This document shows, one piece after another, positions 26,084-37,770 of a stretch of 64,000 bases of DNA; position 1 is the stretch's first letter; each line of letters starts with the position of its first letter. The notes under the pieces are model-generated. The model saw nothing but the letters and a program-made list of their open reading frames with translations. It was not told the DNA's origin and ran no database searches. Made by a program: the position numbers and the translations under genes. Where the stretch lies: assembly GCA_008632985.1 (NCBI GenBank), contig QPGO01000064.1:248001-312000 (forward strand), in the 5' to 3' direction. The stretch is from Psammoneis japonica. Its lineage: Eukaryota.

Positions 26084-28679
26084 ATGGACCGTCGCAACAA
26101 GCATGACGATGAAGATCAAACAAAAGAATCAGAACAAGATTTTGAAGATTTGGTCTGTGATTTCAAAGAAGCTGCGTCTCCTGACAGCTGCAAGGAAAAG
26201 ATGATGAACAACCCCCAGCACGCTTCTCATCAACGTCATCAAGAACGAAAAGAAGCCTTGATGCTTGACAGCGAACAAGTTGAGATGGCTTCAAACGATG
26301 TTTCAAGTGCACGTGATCAAGAGATGCCGTCTCCTGGAGTCGCAGATCAGCGGCACAATTCTGATGGCCATGATGACGTGCTTCCACATCCTGGAGCTCA
26401 ACGAGTGGGAGGAAATGACCAGGAGGATGAAGAGACTCTGTTCTTGTTTACAAATCCTCCTTCTACGTCTGAGCAAGAAGCAGCACAGGCGGCACCCACC
26501 CCGACGGCTTTTCTCGTGCCTCCACCAGGACGTTGGGAACAATGGTGGTCCAAGACCCGCAACCGTCATCTGTTGATTGGTGGGGTCCTGGCAGTCGTTG
26601 GGGCTCCAGTGGCGGGGGTGGTGACCTTGGCTGTTGAAACTTCACCTCCGACGACCCCATCTCCAACGAACGTGCTGGACTTGTCAGACCTGGACGGCTC
26701 CAACGGCTTTCTCATCAATGGAATCGGCAGCTTTCCCCTGTCATCTGCTGCTTCTGTGGCAAGTGCGGGTGATGTCAATGGCAACGGGATCCATGATGTG
26801 GTTGTGGGAGGTCAGTTTGCAGAAAGTTTGGACACTGGCGAGGCCCATGTCATTTTTGGGCGACATGACTTTCGTCCCGCATTCAGCGTGAACACCTTGG
26901 ATGGGTCCAATGGATTTGCTGTCTCGGGAGCCAATTCGTCCGACAGAACTGGATGGGCAGTGGTGGGTGTGGGGGATGTCGATGGTGATGGGTTTGCTGA
27001 TGTCTTGATTGGCGCCTGTGACGCAGATCCTTTGGGCCGCGACGCAGCTGGAGAAGCCTGCGTGGTCTTTGGCAGACCTTGTGGTTTCCCTGCCAATCTT
27101 GATTTGTCGACCCTTGATGAACGCAATGGCTTTGCGCTGCGTGGCATCAATGGAGGTGATCAAGCGGGGTGGTCTGTTGCGACAGCTGGTGATGTCAACG
27201 GGGATGGTTTTGATGACATTGTCATTGGAGCTCCTGGACCTTTTGCTTTTGAGAGCGGCGATCGTCCAGGTGCCGCATGTGTCATTTTTGGCAGAGCAGC
27301 AAGTTCTTTCCCTTCTGCATTTGATTTGTCAACACTCGACGGAATCAATGGCTTTTCGCTGATTGGGATTGAGAATGGTGACAATGCAGGGGTCTCGGTT
27401 GCAGGTGCCGGCGATGTCAATGGCGATGGTCTTGGTGACCTTGTTGTCGGGGCACACAGTGCCACTCGAAATGGCAATGTTGATGCTGGCGAGGCCCATG
27501 TCATTTTTGGAAGAGCCGGCGGTTTTGAATCTTCCATCAATTTGTCTGCACTCGACGGAAACAATGGTTTCATCTTCAAGGGGACTGACGAATTCGATCA
27601 CACAGGGAAGTCAGCAGCTGGCGGCGGCAATGTAAATGGAAACGGTCTGGACGATGTCATGATTGGTGCGCACAACGCTGGTCCGGGTTCTGATGCTCCC
27701 GGTGAAACATGTGTTGTCTTTGGGAAGTCTGCAGGCTTTGATTCTTTTCTGGATTCTTCAATGCTTGACGCGTTCCAGCCCTAGGTGGGACTCCGTGTGA
27801 CATTGGGCCCGTAGAATTCTACGTGCGAGCTCCGTAGTACGAGAATTTAATTAATGGATATATTTATCTTCAACATCAAATAAACGGCCAAGTTTGTGGT
27901 ACAATTATGCCTCTTACCACTCGACGTTTTTGCAACTTCGCCTGCCCTACGCGATTCTTAAGACATTGTAGAATCGCGCTGCAACAAAAAATGTCAAAAG
28001 TTGTTGGACGGATCGCTCAATAAGTGCACCGTAAAATGACACAAAATATCGAAAAAATCACGTAGAAATCTACGTGCGCGACATACGACGAGACTCAAAA
28101 AACTATCGATGTCACAGTTCAGTAGTACGAGGTCCCACCTAGACCTGGAACGCGTCGCTTGACGGCACCAATGGATTTGTCGTGAAAGGTGTCAACAATT
28201 CGGACCATGCCGGGGAATCTGTCGCTGGTGTCGGCGATTTCAATGGCGATGGTTTTGACGATGTCATTGTTGGTTCCCATGGCGCAAATCCAGACAACAA
28301 GGATGACGCTGGACAGGCATGCATTGTCTTTGGAAAGGGTGCCAGTTTTGCCTCTGCGATTGATTTGTCAACGCTGGATGCCAAGAATGGTTTCATCATG
28401 AACGGCGTTGCTCCTGGTGACTGGGCCGGGTGCGCAGTGGCCAGCGCTGGTGACGTAAATGATGATGGCTGTGATGGTGTCTTTGTTGGGGCACCCGGTG
28501 TTCTTTCAGGTGGTGAGGCCCATGTCGTTTTTGGTGACGGAGCGTGCAAAAAACCCAGAAACAGCAATGGCAGGGCCCCAGTGATGCGGAGGATTGGATT
28601 CACAAGGGCTGGAAATCAAGTTCAAATGCGAAGACAGTTTGTGTTGTCTCACGCCGCCCTTCTTTTTTGCTCTTCATGA
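26084..28679 (+). pseudogene. Type-II membrane FG-GAP (integrin-alpha beta-propeller) repeat gene, hypermutated and interrupted by a MITE
   Basis: Seven LDG.NGF...AGDVNGDG.DD..IGA...G.A[H/C]V.FG repeats, TM segment, PTTPSPT linker, zero Tyr. Removing 27767-28160 restores the frame (SMLDGTNGFVVKG). Confidence 0.9.
27767..28156. mobile_element. 390-bp non-autonomous TIR element (MITE), complete copy
   Basis: 25-bp TIRs GACGCGTTCCAGCCCTAGGTGGGAC / GTCCCACCTAGACCTGGAACGCGTC (2 mismatches), 4-bp TSD GCTT (27763-66 and 28157-60), second copy at 50940. Confidence 0.95.
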
Positions 28680-29600
28680 ATGGAATGTTCGTGGATGCAA
28701 TGTCGCCTTGTTGTTGTCAACGGGTCAATTTGTGGCCAAGTCAAATCTTGATGCGATTCCTTGGTGCGCGCAAAGTCAGGGGCGGAATCCACTTTTTTCC
28801 CTCCGACGTTTGCAGCTTTGCTTCAGCGCTCATCTTTGGCTGCGACATCTGAGTTCGTTGGTTTTCCTGCAATCATGTGCAAAACTGGGATTGCTTTGTT
28901 GTTTCGTCAACGGTGGTCATTGTTGCGACTGCTCATCTTGCTACAAATTGCCAAACACTTGGCAAAAACGCACGCAAACCGCCTTCGTTCGCCTCTGAAG
29001 GGAAAATTTCCATTCGTTGCGATTTTGTGCCAGAGCCACGTGGAAATTTACAGCGCTGCGTCTTGCTGCTTTCCGACTCCCGCCTCCGACCTCCGATGAA
29101 GACACGGCGAAGCACGAGGATGTGTCCGACAATGGCGGTGCCCATTGTCATCGATTCTGCCAATTTTCACACTCTCCCGTGTTTCATTTAACTCCAAATG
29201 GTGATGAAAGAGAGCTTTGGTGCTTTGCATTTTTTCCATTGGCGGTTTCACTCACATTTGTTCTCCGTCTGCACCATTTTGACATCCCAGCTAGTGTGAC
29301 GCGTAGTTTTTGCTTCTATTCAGGAGCATTGCGGCTTAAGTTGTCGTTCATCAACCAACACTGGTGAAATTCGTTCGATTGTTGAATGCCTGGTGTTGCT
29401 GTGTGCACATTTGAGGCAATGGGAGGGCAAGAAATGGCTCGTGCAAGAGCGCACAACGCGTCATGTTGCTTGACAGATGCAACAGATGGCAGAGTTGGAT
29501 GTGATCAATGAAGAGGTTGAATTTATGGTGCACAGGAGGGCAAACATCAACTTCTCTCTGTCGGCGGAGGGAGTGACTCGCTCACAACTAATTTTAGATT

Positions 29601-29790
29601 GGGTTCCATGCTGCTCTGGGTTGTTTGTTCAACACTGCTCTAGATTCAATGCTGTGCTCTCTAGAGGTTATTTGTTCAATGCTGCTCTAGACAAGACACT
29701 GCTCTAGGTTCTTTGTTCCATGCCACTCTAGATTCGACACTTGTCCAGGTTCTTTGTTCAATGCTGCTCTAGATTCGACACTGCTCTGGC
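29601..29790. repeat. Degenerate ~41-bp minisatellite, ~4.5 copies
   Basis: Unit approx TGCTCTAGGTTCTTTGTTCAATGCTGCTCTAGATTCGACAC. Confidence 0.8.
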
Positions 29791-29849
29791 ACCAATGCAA
29801 TCGGATCATGCAGTGGCATTGTTGATTCCACATCATCTGTTTTTTTTCT

Positions 29850-30320
29850 ACATTGCTGGCATCCATCCCAATGAAGATCCACACTCAATGGCATGGCACA
29901 AATGCCGTCTCCTCTTTGGGCTTGGTCGGTCTACGAGACTGGGGCTTTCCTCCGGGTGCACGACATGGCGCGCCACTCCTCTTGCAATTTTCAAACTCCT
30001 CGACCGAAGTTTGCCACTCATCGAGCTCATTCTCATTCCTCTGTGCAACATTTCGAATTTAGTTTGGCTCATCTACAGAAAAATGCCCACATCTAATACA
30101 TTGACGGTGCGCCTCGTCGTCTGGCAGGCATCAGCCGACCAGAAACTTCCTGTCGCGCTCTTCGGCACACCGCACCATGGCTCGGTTCCCTCAGCTCGTC
30201 GAGCATTTTACATCCCTCGTGGGACCATCTACATCGTCATACTCGACAGTGTCATGTGGAGTTTCGGCGTTTGATTCCCGTGCACGGACACGGTTGTGCA
30301 CAGCGTTTGTTTGCCATGGT
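29850..30320 (-). pseudogene. Decayed coding fragment (CxxCGH..VDEP motif)
   Basis: One minus frame reads QCIRCGHFSVDEPN*IRNVAQRNENELDEWQTSVEEF...PKEETAFVPCH with stops. Confidence 0.3.
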
Positions 30321-30624
30321 TGAAGAGTGCGAGCGGTGTCATCTGTGTTGCAAAAAATCAACGCGCGGGAGGATTGTGTACTTTTCTACGTAGGCTGGTA
30401 GATCGAAGATCGCCACCTGGACAGAATAAATCGATATTCGTCTCTGAAGATTTTCATTGATCTGCAACCCGGAAGTGAAAGATATTCCCTCCGACACCGC
30501 GATCCGTATCTTTTCCTGGCTTCGCGTTTTGCAACCCCGATAGGAGCTGAGAATGAATCGACAACTACTCTCCCCGAGATAGCATAACGTTGTTGTTAGT
30601 ACTCTGATCGTAGTAGCACTGAAA

Positions 30625-33181
30625 ATGAAGCTCTACAGGTCGGCCGCTCGTCTCGGACGTTACACAACGACGGCTCTTTCTCAGAAGCAGCGTCTCCTCA
30701 GAAACAGGCGATTGATTCAGCGATCCTTACAATCGTCGTCGTCATGCTTTGTTGTGCCCAAACGAAACGAATCTGTATTATTGGGATGTGTCTCGTACGA
30801 TCCTGCCGTGAGTTCCATTTGGGGCATGATGAAAAACTATCTACTGAAAAGCGGCGGTGTGAACGGCTTTGATTTTGTGCTGTACTCCAACTATGAGCAA
30901 CAGGTCCGAGCGCTCTTGGATGGGGGCATTGATATTGCTTGGAACGGTCCATTAGCTCACGTCATGTGCGAGCAGCGTGCTGATATCGTCTCGTTGGGTA
31001 TGCGGGATGTAGATTGTGACTTTGAGTCTATCGTAGTCGTCACCAAGGAGAGTGGGATCAACACAACGAGCGACCTACATGGTGCTCGCTTATTGTCGGG
31101 AGCGATGGATTCACCGCAGGGTCATGTCATTCCCCTACACTATCTCAAATCAAAACAGATTGACGTTACAGTCGATCCTCAAAACGAGGATCTTGGAAAA
31201 CACGGTGACACCGCGGTTGGTGAAATCAAAGCCATGGAGGTGATGCTTGCCAACTCCTCTGCAGATTCGGCGCAAGGAGCTCTACTCTCTCGCATGATGT
31301 GGGACCGAGCCGTGAATGGACAGCTCGATTCAATCAATGCGGCAGACTTGACAAAGCATGCCACTGTTCTGTCGGATGCGAGTATCCCACGATTTGATCA
31401 TTGCCAATTTGACGCCTTGCAATCCACGGCAGAAACTGGAAAGTTGGACTCGTTTTACGCCGCCTTGCACGGCATGGATTATAATGATCCACAGCAGCAG
31501 CCCGTCATGAAGTTGGAAGGCATTCAACGTTCTTGGGCCAAGCCACGACAAGAGGGATACGACATTGTCCGAGCCGCAATGGGAGTGGCTGCTGCATCTT
31601 CAGCACGAGCCCAAAACTTTGTTCCTCGCGGAGTGCGAGCCTTTTCCACCATAAATACCAGGAGGAATAGCAGCAGTACTACCAATACCAGCAACAATAC
31701 CAATAGACAACTCGAACCGGGCAGTCGTGTGGGTGTGATTGGGTGTGGCGTTGCCGGTCTTCAAGTCATTCGGTCCATGCGTGCACGAGGTTATTACGTT
31801 ACGGCGTTTGACAAGGCGGACAAGGTTGGTGGACTCTGGCGCGAGAACTATGCCAATTTTGGTTTACAAGTACCAAAGCAATTTTTCGAAATGCCAGACT
31901 TGGAAATGACGGAAGCCAAATGGGGTGAACTCGCCTCGGGACCCAAAGTTCAAGCGTATATTGAACGCTTTGCTTCCGAGTTTGACCTTAACAGCTCCGT
32001 TCAACTCAAAAATGGCATTGACAAGGTTATTCGTAAAACAGATGGAACGTGGACATTTCATACCGAAAAGGGAGAAACGCACGATTTTGACTACTGCGTC
32101 GTCTCGACAGGAATGTACTCGACCGTTCCGTTTGTTCCAGACGTTCCTGGCAGGGACACGTATTCTGGATCTGCCATTCACAGCAGCGAATTCATGGATG
32201 CAGATGCTGTCAAGGAAAAGCGGGTCGTTGTGATTGGAGGCTGCAAGAGTGCCACGGATTGTGCCACCAGTGCAGCAAACGCGGGTGCCGAGTCTGTCAC
32301 TGTCCTTCAGCGACAAGCTCACTGGCCCACGCCTTTGCACATTGCCGGGCTCATTCCGTTTCAACACGTGTTTTTGAGTCGATTGGGCCAAGCACTCGTC
32401 GAAGCCAAGGTGGGAGTCTTTCCAGGAAGTAAATCGAGTGCTTATGCCTTTAATCCCATTATGGGAGCCGTCTTTGCAATTGTTGAGCAGCTGTTTGCCT
32501 TTCACTTGGGCTCAAAGGCGACTTGAGGCCTAAAACAGGAGTCGTGGAGGATTTTTACGGCTATGCAGCTGTACAAGACGATAGCTTCAAGAAGGTGCGC
32601 AATTCTGGAAAGGTAGATGTCAAGCTTGGAGAGATTGAATCATTTACTGCAAATGGCGTAAGTTTCAAGGCAACGAGATTGAAGCAGATCAAGTCATTTT
32701 TGCGACTGGGTTCGGCAAGGATTATGGCAAGCTCTTTGAACCAAACGTCGTCAAGTCCTTGGACGTGCAGAACGACGGACTTCTCTTGTACAAACGAATT
32801 TTGCCTCCGTCCGTGGATCGGCTTGCATTTGTTGGTGCCGAATCGGCAACCATTTTCAACTGTACAAACTCAGGTTTGCAGGCCGAATGGCTGGCTCGAA
32901 CCCTTGCCGGAGAGACCAAGGCAGATCTCAGCGAGGAATCTCTAGCCACTGACGCGAATGCATTCAAGGCGTTTGCACGCTCTTGGATGCCTGCCAGTTC
33001 CTCCCGCTCCGCGTTGGTGCTGCTACACCAGCTGCACTATTACGATCAGCTACTCGAGGACATGGGCGAGAAACCATCTCGGAAATCCAACGTGGTTGCA
33101 GAGTACCTTGGGTCGTACTATAGTCGCGACTATGACGGCATTGTTGGTCGACCCGCTCGCGCTGCCGCTGCTGCATCGTAA
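30625..33181 (+). CDS. Fusion of PhnD/SsuA-type substrate-binding domain and flavin-containing monooxygenase, with mitochondrial-type presequence; frameshifts ~32520 and ~32670
   Basis: LLGCVSYDP...LYSNYEQQVRALLDGGIDIAWNGPLA, then FAD motif VIGCGVAG, GGLW..NY, FMO motif YSGSAIHSSEF and NADPH motif VIGGCKSA. Confidence 0.85.
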
Positions 33182-34141
33182 GCAATGGACGGTATTGCAT
33201 TTGAAAAGACGAACGCGGTTGGGGCTGGTTGGAATTGTACGTTAAATAATTTTTGAACATTTTGCTTTCGATTGTATTGTAAAGTAGAGTATTGGCTTTT
33301 GCATCTCTTAGTTAGCATGCGGAAAAGTCACCTTTCTTTGACTCTAGCACCCGTGCACTCTAGAGTGGAATGAACTGGCGTCTCAAGAAAGGATCGAGCC
33401 TCTGACCTTACCCTTGTACCACAATCATGTCAGGCGACCAACTGTGCTTCATATACAGGCACGAGAGGGGTATCCATGGCAAAGGCACGAGAAGAAGAAT
33501 AGAATACACAGATAGAACGAAAGATGGGGAATAAATAAAGCACACACAATGTCATGCTTTGTTGGAAAAATGACAGTGTGTTGTCCCCGACAGTGATTGA
33601 GATCTCGACCAATGATGTTGTTACTTTGCTTCTACTCTAACCCACCATTTTCTCAGAAGCTAGATTGCATTCTAGACAGACATAAAACTCAATGAGCCTA
33701 GATTCTCGCTTGAGGACAATCTCGGACGGCTCCATGTAGCTCAACAGCTAGAGTCTATTCGCTTGCTACAAATCCATAGAATGGTGTCGTCAAGCATCCA
33801 TCTGGCGGTCAACTCGCTCCTACGTCTGGGTGACGCCCGAAACCCACACATTCGCAAGCATCAGTTTCCGATGAACTTTTTTCAAACGAACCTCATTTCA
33901 CGACAAAATTTTGATCGAACCTACCTCAAGCAACCCACTTTTGGCGAGGCTTTCGGCGAGGGTAAATGGAGGGCAAACCTGCAGTTTCAAAAATCACTGC
34001 GTAGAAATACGTAGAATCAGTACCACAAGCAATCCCACCACAGACCATCGAAGCAAATCGGCAAAATAGTTCTGCTGCTGAAGCTCTCACAATCCTCTTG
34101 CTCGTTGTAGAGTTACGGTTGTACCCCTTGCTATTGCAGTT

Positions 34142-35218
34142 ATGCTTTTTATGCTATCAACTCGATACATGCGCTCTCGCTTTTGCACCCAGCTTCGTTC
34201 TGGCGTGATGGGTATTGCAGTTCATGACCCACAACAAAGAACTGTGCTTGCTGCTGCGGTTTTCGTGACTCGGCAGCAGCGTCCTTTTGCATCGATCGCT
34301 GGTGGGCAACATTTGGCGTTTGTTGAGTTACCCACCATCATGACGGTTCCCATGGGATTCGGAATGAGACGTTCGCTGACTGCTACACTCTCGCCTGGCT
34401 TGAGATCTTCTCTTGTAGTGGCACAGCGGGCCGTTGCCGGTTCTTGCAATTTCGCTCTTACTTTGCGACTCACCGACTCTGTTTCTCCTTCGTTCTCTTC
34501 TATGCAGATCGTACCATATCGTCCCACTTTCCCTCTCAGATGGCTCTTGATTTTGTTGGAATGTCGTCGGAAGATTGCTGAAAGGATCCAGTTGTGCCGA
34601 GCCGTTCAAGATTTCGTTCGAGAAAAGAAGAGACGCGTCGAGTCACGAGCAATCTTGATGAAGAAGGTGTACAAAGATATCAAGAGACTGCATACAACGA
34701 AGAAGCGTCGGCAAGACAAAGCGGATAAGCTTGCGATCCAGGATTACACAGGCTCGGGGTACTCGGAGATTAACAAGTTCCTTCGTGGTCAGCAAACGTT
34801 GTTGAATCCCGAATTGTTGAAGTCACGAGCCAGCAACGTGGATCACGCACTCCAGCATTGTCCAAAGCTGAACTCCTTCAGTGGTGTTGTGTATCGTGGT
34901 ACGGAGCTATCGCAAGATTTATACGATTCGTTGAAGCCTGGTGGCACCTTTTCCGACCCAGCCTTTCTGAGTTCATCTCGCAAGAAGGAAAAGTGCAAGA
35001 GGTTTATCACCGGTGAAGGCGGCTGCAATACTCTCTTCGAGATTGAGAGCAAGACGGGCTTGGACGTAAAAGCGTTGGCACTCAAAAAGAATCAGCATGA
35101 ATGTGAAGTATTGTTTCGGCCAGGCACAAAGTTTCTTATCAAGTCGGTTGAAGAGCGAGTCGATTCCATGTTTGGAAGAATCACGGTTGTCTCGATGGAA
35201 CAACTTGTCAACTGGTGA
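34142..35218 (+). CDS. ADP-ribosyltransferase exoenzyme-family (R-S-E clade) protein
   Basis: YTGSGYSEINKFLRG, VYRGT (R), FLSSS (S), HECEVLF (ExE). Confidence 0.85.
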   Translation: MLFMLSTRYMRSRFCTQLRSGVMGIAVHDPQQRTVLAAAVFVTRQQRPFASIAGGQHLAFVELPTIMTVPMGFGMRRSLTATLSPGLRSSLVVAQRAVAGSCNFALTLRLTDSVSPSFSSMQIVPYRPTFPLRWLLILLECRRKIAERIQLCRAVQDFVREKKRRVESRAILMKKVYKDIKRLHTTKKRRQDKADKLAIQDYTGSGYSEINKFLRGQQTLLNPELLKSRASNVDHALQHCPKLNSFSGVVYRGTELSQDLYDSLKPGGTFSDPAFLSSSRKKEKCKRFITGEGGCNTLFEIESKTGLDVKALALKKNQHECEVLFRPGTKFLIKSVEERVDSMFGRITVVSMEQLVNW

Positions 35219-35996
35219 GGGAAGTGAAGAAATAGGTAAGGTAAGCAAGGTAAGTATACTCATAATTCATAATGTGTATAGTTTCTCTTTGTATCTACTT
35301 TGAGAGCTATAGTCCTTTAGTTGAAATTTAGACGCTGTCTCTCTGGAGAACGATGGTTCATAATTCCGATCGGTGTCTTTCGTCTATTGTCTCTAGAGAG
35401 TTAGTCTTTTGGTTGAAAAGCCACACGCATTATGCCGTAGTTGTGTTGCAAAGTAAAGAGATCACCTCTGTATTAACCTCTTCAAAGCCTCACACCGTTC
35501 CGAATTGGATGATCTGCCGCGTGTCGTTCACATGAACCATTTCAAGGCTCCTTGTTTTAACGCGAACGTACTACTACGGTTCGTCCAGTATATTGACAAT
35601 AGTACTTTAAGACATGCATCCACTCTTTTTTTCTTTGGTGTCGTCATTCTGAGCATCTCCAAACAGAAAAGTACAGGACGGGTGCAGACCCTGGCCTTAT
35701 GTATTCTGCAAAGCAAGCGGCTGCCATTATCGAAATGCTTTCTGACCCTTCCTCTGCGAAAACATACCTCTACTAGCTTCACCGTCAAAGTCTAGGCGGT
35801 TGTATCTCATCAAGAAAGCTTTTCTCTTGACGAGATAGGCGCCGTTATGTCCGAAACGCATCCAAGTCCGATTTCACCTTTTGCATCGACTCGTATCACG
35901 TTGCTACTACATTCATGTAACCCTAAAACGTTCTGCTAGCTATCTTTATTATTTGAAATAAACAACAATGTCCAAGAAAATCAAACTATTTCCATT

Positions 35997-37115
35997 CTAA
36001 ATTTCCCCAACCTGATCCCTCGCGTACAACCTCTTGTTCGTTCGCCTCGGCTCACACGCCTTGGTGCAATAAAAGTAATCATCGTGCTGCTCTTGTGGTT
36101 GACAATTGCCACAAAAGAAGGAACCACACGTGGACGCATTGCAAAATCGTCCCCCATTTTCGTGTGCACACAAGAGACAATAGTACTCGTCGTTGCGGCA
36201 TTCGGTGCACTGAAATCCCACCGCCTCCTCATCGGAAAAGCTGGTACGCAGCTCCTCCAACAAACACGAACAGTTGGTACAGAGAAAGTGCCCCATCATT
36301 TCTTCCGAGCCAAGAACAGTGCTACTAGTCGTACTACTGCTCATGGGCGACATGACGGCGGTACTCTCATCACTGGTATTGCCAGAAGAATACTTGGAAA
36401 GCGACGACGACGACGACCCGTCATGGATAGGACGACCTGGCAAGACTGGTGGCTCCTCTTCCTCTTCTTCCAATCGCAGTTTCAAGCGTGCGGGACGATA
36501 CTCTGGAGTAACCTGCTGTGGCGGTGGTGGCGGCGGTTGTTCTTGTTGCTTCAGCTGCGGTGGCTTGGAAATAACAGCCGCTGTACTCCTTGGCGTGCCT
36601 TGACTGCTACGAGCTTGTTTCAATTCATGAGAAGGCATGAATTTACCACCCATCTCTGCCGCCATGCAATCACAACACCACTTGAGGTAAATCCCATTTT
36701 CAAAGCAAGAAAAGTTGTATTCCAAATTCCGACACCACGAACTGTATCCACACACCCAACACGCCTGACTCTGCTTGCCTCGAACCTTGGTGCACGTGAC
36801 GGTACGCTGTGTCATGGTATTGTACCAATCCAACTTGAATTTGATTTGTTCCTGTGTCATGGGTTTGAGAACAATCTTGTTGACATAGTCTTCAGTGCCA
36901 GCCTTGGGCAGGACGAGTGTTGTAGTGGTGTCGTTGCGCTTGTTACTGTTGTTGGTATTGTTGTTGTTGGTATTAGTATTGAGCGAGAGGGACTGATCAA
37001 ATTGCTTTATATAACCATCGTCCATGTCGCGACTGTACTTGGACTTTTGTTGTCGTGTTGTATAGTCATCGTCCATGTTTTTGCTGTATTTCGGCTTTCG
37101 TAAGCTCGACTTCAT
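35997..37115 (-). CDS. Hypothetical protein with low-complexity linker and Cys-rich zinc-binding segments
   Basis: Long ORF with CWVC/CCDC and C-terminal CxxC clusters. Confidence 0.6.
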   Translation of the reverse strand: MKSSLRKPKYSKNMDDDYTTRQQKSKYSRDMDDGYIKQFDQSLSLNTNTNNNNTNNSNKRNDTTTTLVLPKAGTEDYVNKIVLKPMTQEQIKFKLDWYNTMTQRTVTCTKVRGKQSQACWVCGYSSWCRNLEYNFSCFENGIYLKWCCDCMAAEMGGKFMPSHELKQARSSQGTPRSTAAVISKPPQLKQQEQPPPPPPQQVTPEYRPARLKLRLEEEEEEPPVLPGRPIHDGSSSSSLSKYSSGNTSDESTAVMSPMSSSTTSSTVLGSEEMMGHFLCTNCSCLLEELRTSFSDEEAVGFQCTECRNDEYYCLLCAHENGGRFCNASTCGSFFCGNCQPQEQHDDYFYCTKACEPRRTNKRLYARDQVGEI

Positions 37116-37770
37116 CGTTTTACAAGAATGTTTGATTCTTTCGACAAAAAAATGAGAGAGACTGTGTGGTGAGCTGACGTTGCAAATACGACGGTGGTGT
37201 CTCTGCGCCTTGAAAAACACAAAAACTAGGTAAAGCAATGAATCGTTCGACCTGCTTCAATTCGCCTTGATGGAAGGACCTGGTCGACAAGTAAGAACAA
37301 CAGCAATGTCGTTGTTTTGCGCAAGGAGAATGACGACGACAACAAACAACAACACACAACACCGTTTGTTTTGGTTTTTCGTTTGGGCGGGACGGAGCGG
37401 CGGCACAACATGCCGTTTTCGTCTTCCCTACGTAGCTTACACGTACATTTGTATGGGCGGCTCAACGGACTCGGCTTTCGAAAAATTCAGTCTTACTCTT
37501 ATTCAAATAGAAGTTTGATGAATTGTTAGAGCTTATACATTCAATTTTTCATGCATTTTGATTGATACTATTGTCAGTTTGTCAGCAATTCGGATTTTTG
37601 TTTTCGATCCAACTCAATTTTTCTGTAGTGTCTGTGTCAAATCTTTTTACCCTTTACCTGTTACCACCGACTTGTACGTAGCATCGTACGTAGACTTTGT
37701 ACGGAGCAGCAACATACTCATTCTCTCGAAACGAGGTTCATCTCGAAAACAGCGTGAGAAGAACGACACC

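Larger units (their letters stand above)
24170..30350. other. TpA-depleted hypermutated domain A
   Basis: TA nearly absent from ~24170 to ~29200 except inside the MITE. Partial depletion to ~30300. CpG largely retained. Confidence 0.9.

Noticed and set aside
26084..28679. Genetic-code change (Tyr reassigned) as the cause of Tyr-free proteins
   Set aside because: Neighbouring genes use TAY normally, and TA loss affects all frames and non-coding DNA.
29601..29790. CRISPR-like array
   Set aside because: Head-to-tail degenerate units with no unique spacers, no cas genes, and a eukaryotic context.
35803..35837. Hairpin TATCTC.TCAAGA...TCTTGA.GAGATA (and palindrome GATGTTCG-T-CGAACATC at 18841-18857)
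   Set aside because: Single short inverted repeats with no second copy or TSD, so no function can be supported.
36084..37103. 339-aa plus-strand ORF
   Set aside because: Antisense shadow of the minus-strand gene.
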